Shown here in pieces: positions 61,101 through 63,484 of a stretch of 63,484 nucleotides of DNA. This DNA is from Gemmatimonadota bacterium (GTDB lineage Bacteria > Gemmatimonadota > Gemmatimonadetes > Gemmatimonadales > GWC2-71-9). Position numbers and translations under genes: made by a program. How positions within the stretch are numbered: position 1 is the first letter of the stretch; each line of letters starts with the position of its first letter. The stretch is taken from positions 1 to 63,484 of the forward strand of contig JBGQJV010000001.1 of NCBI GenBank assembly GCA_041499215.1, read 5' to 3'. Under the pieces are notes generated by a model that saw only the letters and a list, made by a program, of their open reading frames with translations, made no database searches and was not told the origin of the DNA.

Positions 61101-63484
61101 TCCAGCCGCTGCCGTCGGCGGCCTGCACGCCGTTGCGCACGAAATACTTCGGGTCCCTGAGGTTCACCACCCAGCGGAACACGTTTTCCGAGCTGCCGCT
61201 GGCGTTCAGGCCATTGTCGTTGTCGAGATCCTCCGTATCCAGCAGCCCGTTCCCGTTGGTGCAGCGGGCGCCCAGATCCCCCCACTGGAACAGCGCCACG
61301 ACGTTGCTGAGCTGCTGGCGGCAGAGCGCCACCCGCTGGCGGAGCTCGTCCCCGACCCACAGGGTGTCGGGCCGGTCGCCCAGGATGCCGATGTCGTCGG
61401 ACTCGGCGTTGAACACGCCGGTGGGCTGGCGCTCGGTGTCCAGCCGTCCGAGGCCCACGAACTGCCGGCCGGTAAAGACTGAGTCGGTGGTGGCCGTGAG
61501 ACTCTCCGGCGCGATGGCGATAGCGTCCTCGTTCACGCTGCCCAGATCGAGGACCAGCTGCACACCGGCGGAATCGGCGGTCTTGTTCTTGTCGTTGAAC
61601 ACCCAGAACTCGAAGAACTCGTTCTTGGACAGGTCCAGGCCGGTGGTGCTGAGCGGGGTCACGATCGAACGCCAGCGGGGAGCGTTGAGCCGCCGGGGCA
61701 TGCGCCAGTGCAACCCGTCGGCGTGTACCTGCCCGCCGGCGGTGTCGGGATGCAGCGCCAGATAGAGGACCGTCTCCAGCTGGTCCTGCTGGCCCGCCAC
61801 CTGGATGCTGTTGTCGATGTCCCGCGCCCGGAGCTGGACGGCGCCGCCCTGGTTGTCGGGAATGAGGTTCTGCCAGGTGAGCTGCACCGCATCGGCGGTG
61901 TCGAAGGCCGCGCCGACCACCGCGTCGACGCCGTCGGCGAACTGGGGCCGGCTGCCGAATTCCCAGATCGACTCCCGGAGGGAGAGGGAGATGCCCCGGT
62001 CACCTTCGAACTCTTCCAGGTAGGCCTGCCCCGATCGATTCGGGTCGGGCTTGGTGAGGGCGAGCTCGGCGTTGAGGTCGAGCCGCGAGGGCGCGATGGC
62101 CGGAGTCGAGGTAAGCGAGTTCATCAGCCGGGTGACCACCGCCGGTTTGAAACGCAGGTCGGTGCTGATGCCGCCGACCATGTGGGCGGCCGCCTCGAAG
62201 CCGAGCTGGGGCCGGTTGAAGGCGCTCTGCTCCACCTGATAGATGCCCATCAGGTTGATCCCACCGGTTTCTCCCAGGTTGTAGCGGGAGGAGAACCCGA
62301 AGATCTGGGTCGGCGCCACCGCAAAGACCCCGCGCTCCTCGAACCGCGCCTGGATGGTCCCCGCGGCGTTGCCGAACAGGCCCTGCGGATTCAGGAAGGT
62401 GACCTGGCCGAGATCGTAGTTGATGTTGTAGTCGATGCCCTTCTCGAGCCGGCGGCCGTTGAGAAAGAGGGCCTCGCTGCCCTCGCGGATCTGGAACGCG
62501 CCCAGGTCCAGGGAAGAGCGGTCCCCGCTGGAGCTGGCGTTGTAGCGGAGCCGGAAGGCGAACTTGGCCGTCGGGCCTTCGCTGAACAGCAGGTAGTCCG
62601 GGGTGCGGTACAGCGAGTCGTTCCGTTCCGTCTGCAGCAGCCTGGCGGGATCTGCAAACGGCGCGAGCGACGGGAAGATGATGTACGACTCCTTGATGGT
62701 GAGCTGGGCGTTGGGCTCCCGGGTGCGCGGGAAGAGCCGGTCCCGCCGGTTGAACACCGCGGGGTCATCGGGGGTCGCCAGACCCAGCTCCGCGAGGTAG
62801 GTGGCCGCGGCGCCGGGTCGGAGCGGCCGCTCGGAGCGGCCTAGCGTCAGATTCACCACCAGCGAGTTGAGATCCAGATCGGCGCCCGCCACCCGGTAGG
62901 CGTTACGGATCTCGGAGCGGAAGGTCACCCGGCTGGCATCCACCCGGGGCTCCACGATGAGCCGGAGGGTGTCCCGGATGGGCAGGCCGCGGTCCACCCC
63001 CGGGAAGGTTCCCACCTGTCCCGCCGCGCTGCGGTAGCTGACGGCGAGGAAGTCGTTCTGGTCCAGCTTGGCGGCGAGCACCAACCAGAGGCCGCTCGGG
63101 TCCACGTAGTAATCGATGTCCCGATTGAGCAGCTCCCAGATCCCGGAGGTCTGCTGCACCGAATCGGAGCTGAGTGCCACCGCGTTGATGCCGCCCAGAT
63201 TGGGATTGACCGTTGTCCGGCTCAGGGGGCGATAGCGGTAGACCCGGACATCACCCTGGTCGATCTGGGCTCCCGGCGGGAGGGCTCCCCGCTGGGGCAG
63301 CTGCAGGATGTCGATCGCCGGGTATCCGGGGAGGGTGACGGGATCCACCACCCAGAAGAACCGGCCCGACTCGAAGTCGAGGTCGCGGGCCTCGCGGTCC
63401 TGCGGCTGCACGGTGGTGCTGCCGACGGCGTAACTCCGCTCGGCTACGACGCTGCCCTTCTGGGTGGCAGCGACGCTCTGGATC
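58174..63484 (-). CDS. sprA: giant SprA-like cell-surface / T9SS translocon-like protein (5' end outside the window)
   Basis: More than 1760 aa. The frame stays open to the window edge upstream of the GTG at 63411. SprA-like pattern AKFAFRLRYNASS...GAFQIREGSEALFLNGRRLEKGIDYNINYDLGQVTFLN. Beta-rich C-terminal end SLQLSLFSGDYR. Confidence 0.6.
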   Translation of the reverse strand, partial: IQSVAATQKGSVVAERSYAVGSTTVQPQDREARDLDFESGRFFWVVDPVTLPGYPAIDILQLPQRGALPPGAQIDQGDVRVYRYRPLSRTTVNPNLGGINAVALSSDSVQQTSGIWELLNRDIDYYVDPSGLWLVLAAKLDQNDFLAVSYRSAAGQVGTFPGVDRGLPIRDTLRLIVEPRVDASRVTFRSEIRNAYRVAGADLDLNSLVVNLTLGRSERPLRPGAAATYLAELGLATPDDPAVFNRRDRLFPRTREPNAQLTIKESYIIFPSLAPFADPARLLQTERNDSLYRTPDYLLFSEGPTAKFAFRLRYNASSSGDRSSLDLGAFQIREGSEALFLNGRRLEKGIDYNINYDLGQVTFLNPQGLFGNAAGTIQARFEERGVFAVAPTQIFGFSSRYNLGETGGINLMGIYQVEQSAFNRPQLGFEAAAHMVGGISTDLRFKPAVVTRLMNSLTSTPAIAPSRLDLNAELALTKPDPNRSGQAYLEEFEGDRGISLSLRESIWEFGSRPQFADGVDAVVGAAFDTADAVQLTWQNLIPDNQGGAVQLRARDIDNSIQVAGQQDQLETVLYLALHPDTAGGQVHADGLHWRMPRRLNAPRWRSIVTPLSTTGLDLSKNEFFEFWVFNDKNKTADSAGVQLVLDLGSVNEDAIAIAPESLTATTDSVFTGRQFVGLGRLDTERQPTGVFNAESDDIGILGDRPDTLWVGDELRQRVALCRQQLSNVVALFQWGDLGARCTNGNGLLDTEDLDNDNGLNASGSSENVFRWVVNLRDPKYFVRNGVQAADGSGWKLYRIRLRTPDFPLGSPNIRLIKDFRITLVANPDNNGPDVRAFLALARMRFLGAPWVRRSDRPITGLAGATGSSTGEVVASTVSTENQELGYESPPGVQGGLDSKGGSQKEFGTQVNERSLRIIGRGVTDSQRVEAYFRFPSGPQNLLGYRQLRAWFRGRGPGWGPGQDFQAYLRVGSDSRNFYQYTTEARTTTWLPEVNVDLAKWRDMRGAIESRRLQGLAPDSAARVACGGDPALSDAYVLCDGPYLVHIEDVAVNPPNLASVQEIAAGILRRGSTDPSDSAEAWVDDIRLVDPISHVGSAMALDARLVASDVAEFSAGYVRQDGYFQQIGGQPSYRTSATFQFGSGVRLDRFLPTWLGLFVPVQVSYARTDVDPQLITGTDVQGGELAGLRKPVNWTLSYNVSVHRSARGKSWLVRGLLDPLGLSASFTDGRNTSELSRATSSSSALTASYQLQPGRGGFGINLGGVIDKLPGFLGKSDAGQGLRRNYVNLAPTSVRLSSGLTRDQSDLISYQVPVRRALDSLLLPVTSLQHFWRNTAGLSWQPVGMLNLAGDLASTRDLRRYPDSTALGRLAGDARRSFLGMDVGVERDRQLSTSMAVTPRITSWFRPRFTSQSSFVLSRSLSSREPIRADGDTAGAFILPQTLNNTRSYELGAGLDVGRLLSRAFGDSGGVSRATRRLRPLDVSDRLTRNSTFDLAAFDPGVGYQLALGGLESFLHQGADSAIGAAEVRATSLNAGADLPLGLSFTLGYGRTRTSRFQLVSGSFLTSETKQNEWPKGTVRLTQSLRGGPVALFAVGTTFLTSEGTTTTPSVDGQPILARTFSSNITPDAQLSLRNGMVFTFSYNRLKQENLTSGNLTRISQNDFTAGLSHAFNLPTSISRIRRAVRSQLSGVLSRSSSCLERVGATDCITVSDTRRTEARASFDSDLAKILTGGLSFSYSLSEARHLDRKFSQIVITASLQLSLFSGDYR

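Overview
High-GC bacterial chromosomal window of 63.5 kb, almost fully coding, with most genes on the minus strand. The taxon guess is Gemmatimonadota/Acidobacteriota-like. That is inference only, from the PadR + duplicated orphan permease pair, the Ser/Thr-kinase-TPR architecture, and type IV pili together with SprA.

Content:
1. A housekeeping block, topA-trmFO-xerC-hslV-(lipoprotein)-hslU, plus aroC-aroK and two small enzymes.
2. A dispersed type IV pilus toolkit. It comprises pilMNOPQ, two near-identical major pilin genes bracketing a PilV/W/X-like minor-pilin cassette, pilS-pilR, and pilB-pilT-pilC followed by a ComEA-like gene.
3. Three adjacent genes carrying six cupredoxin (type-1 copper) domains, one of them fused to a beta-barrel-like domain.
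4. An Mhq-like MarR/dioxygenase/esterase cluster.
5. A PadR + ADOP-type permease pair.
6. A large GGDEF-EAL protein and a Ser/Thr kinase with TPR repeats.
7. A CoA-transferase, two tandem ZIP transporters, two M28-family enzymes and a TetR/SDR pair.
8. The 3' approx. 5.3 kb of a giant SprA-like gene that runs off the right edge.

No rRNA, tRNA, CRISPR array or obvious mobile element was seen.

Things worth a second look:
- The cupredoxin trio.
- An orphan promoter-leader-small ORF-terminator unit at 41.2-41.6 kb, next to two unassigned small ORFs.
- Families of degenerate tandem 7-8 nt repeats that fill many intergenic spacers. They are often arranged as inverted arrays and are sometimes read in frame inside ORFs.
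- The duplicated pilin genes flanking the minor-pilin cassette.
- An xerC whose conserved N-terminus has no canonical start codon and lies in frame behind the trmFO stop.
- A probable frameshift in the lipoprotein gene inserted between hslV and hslU.

CDS ends come from the ORF track. Starts were refined by residue arithmetic on that track. Hand-located non-coding features may be off by 1-2 nt.
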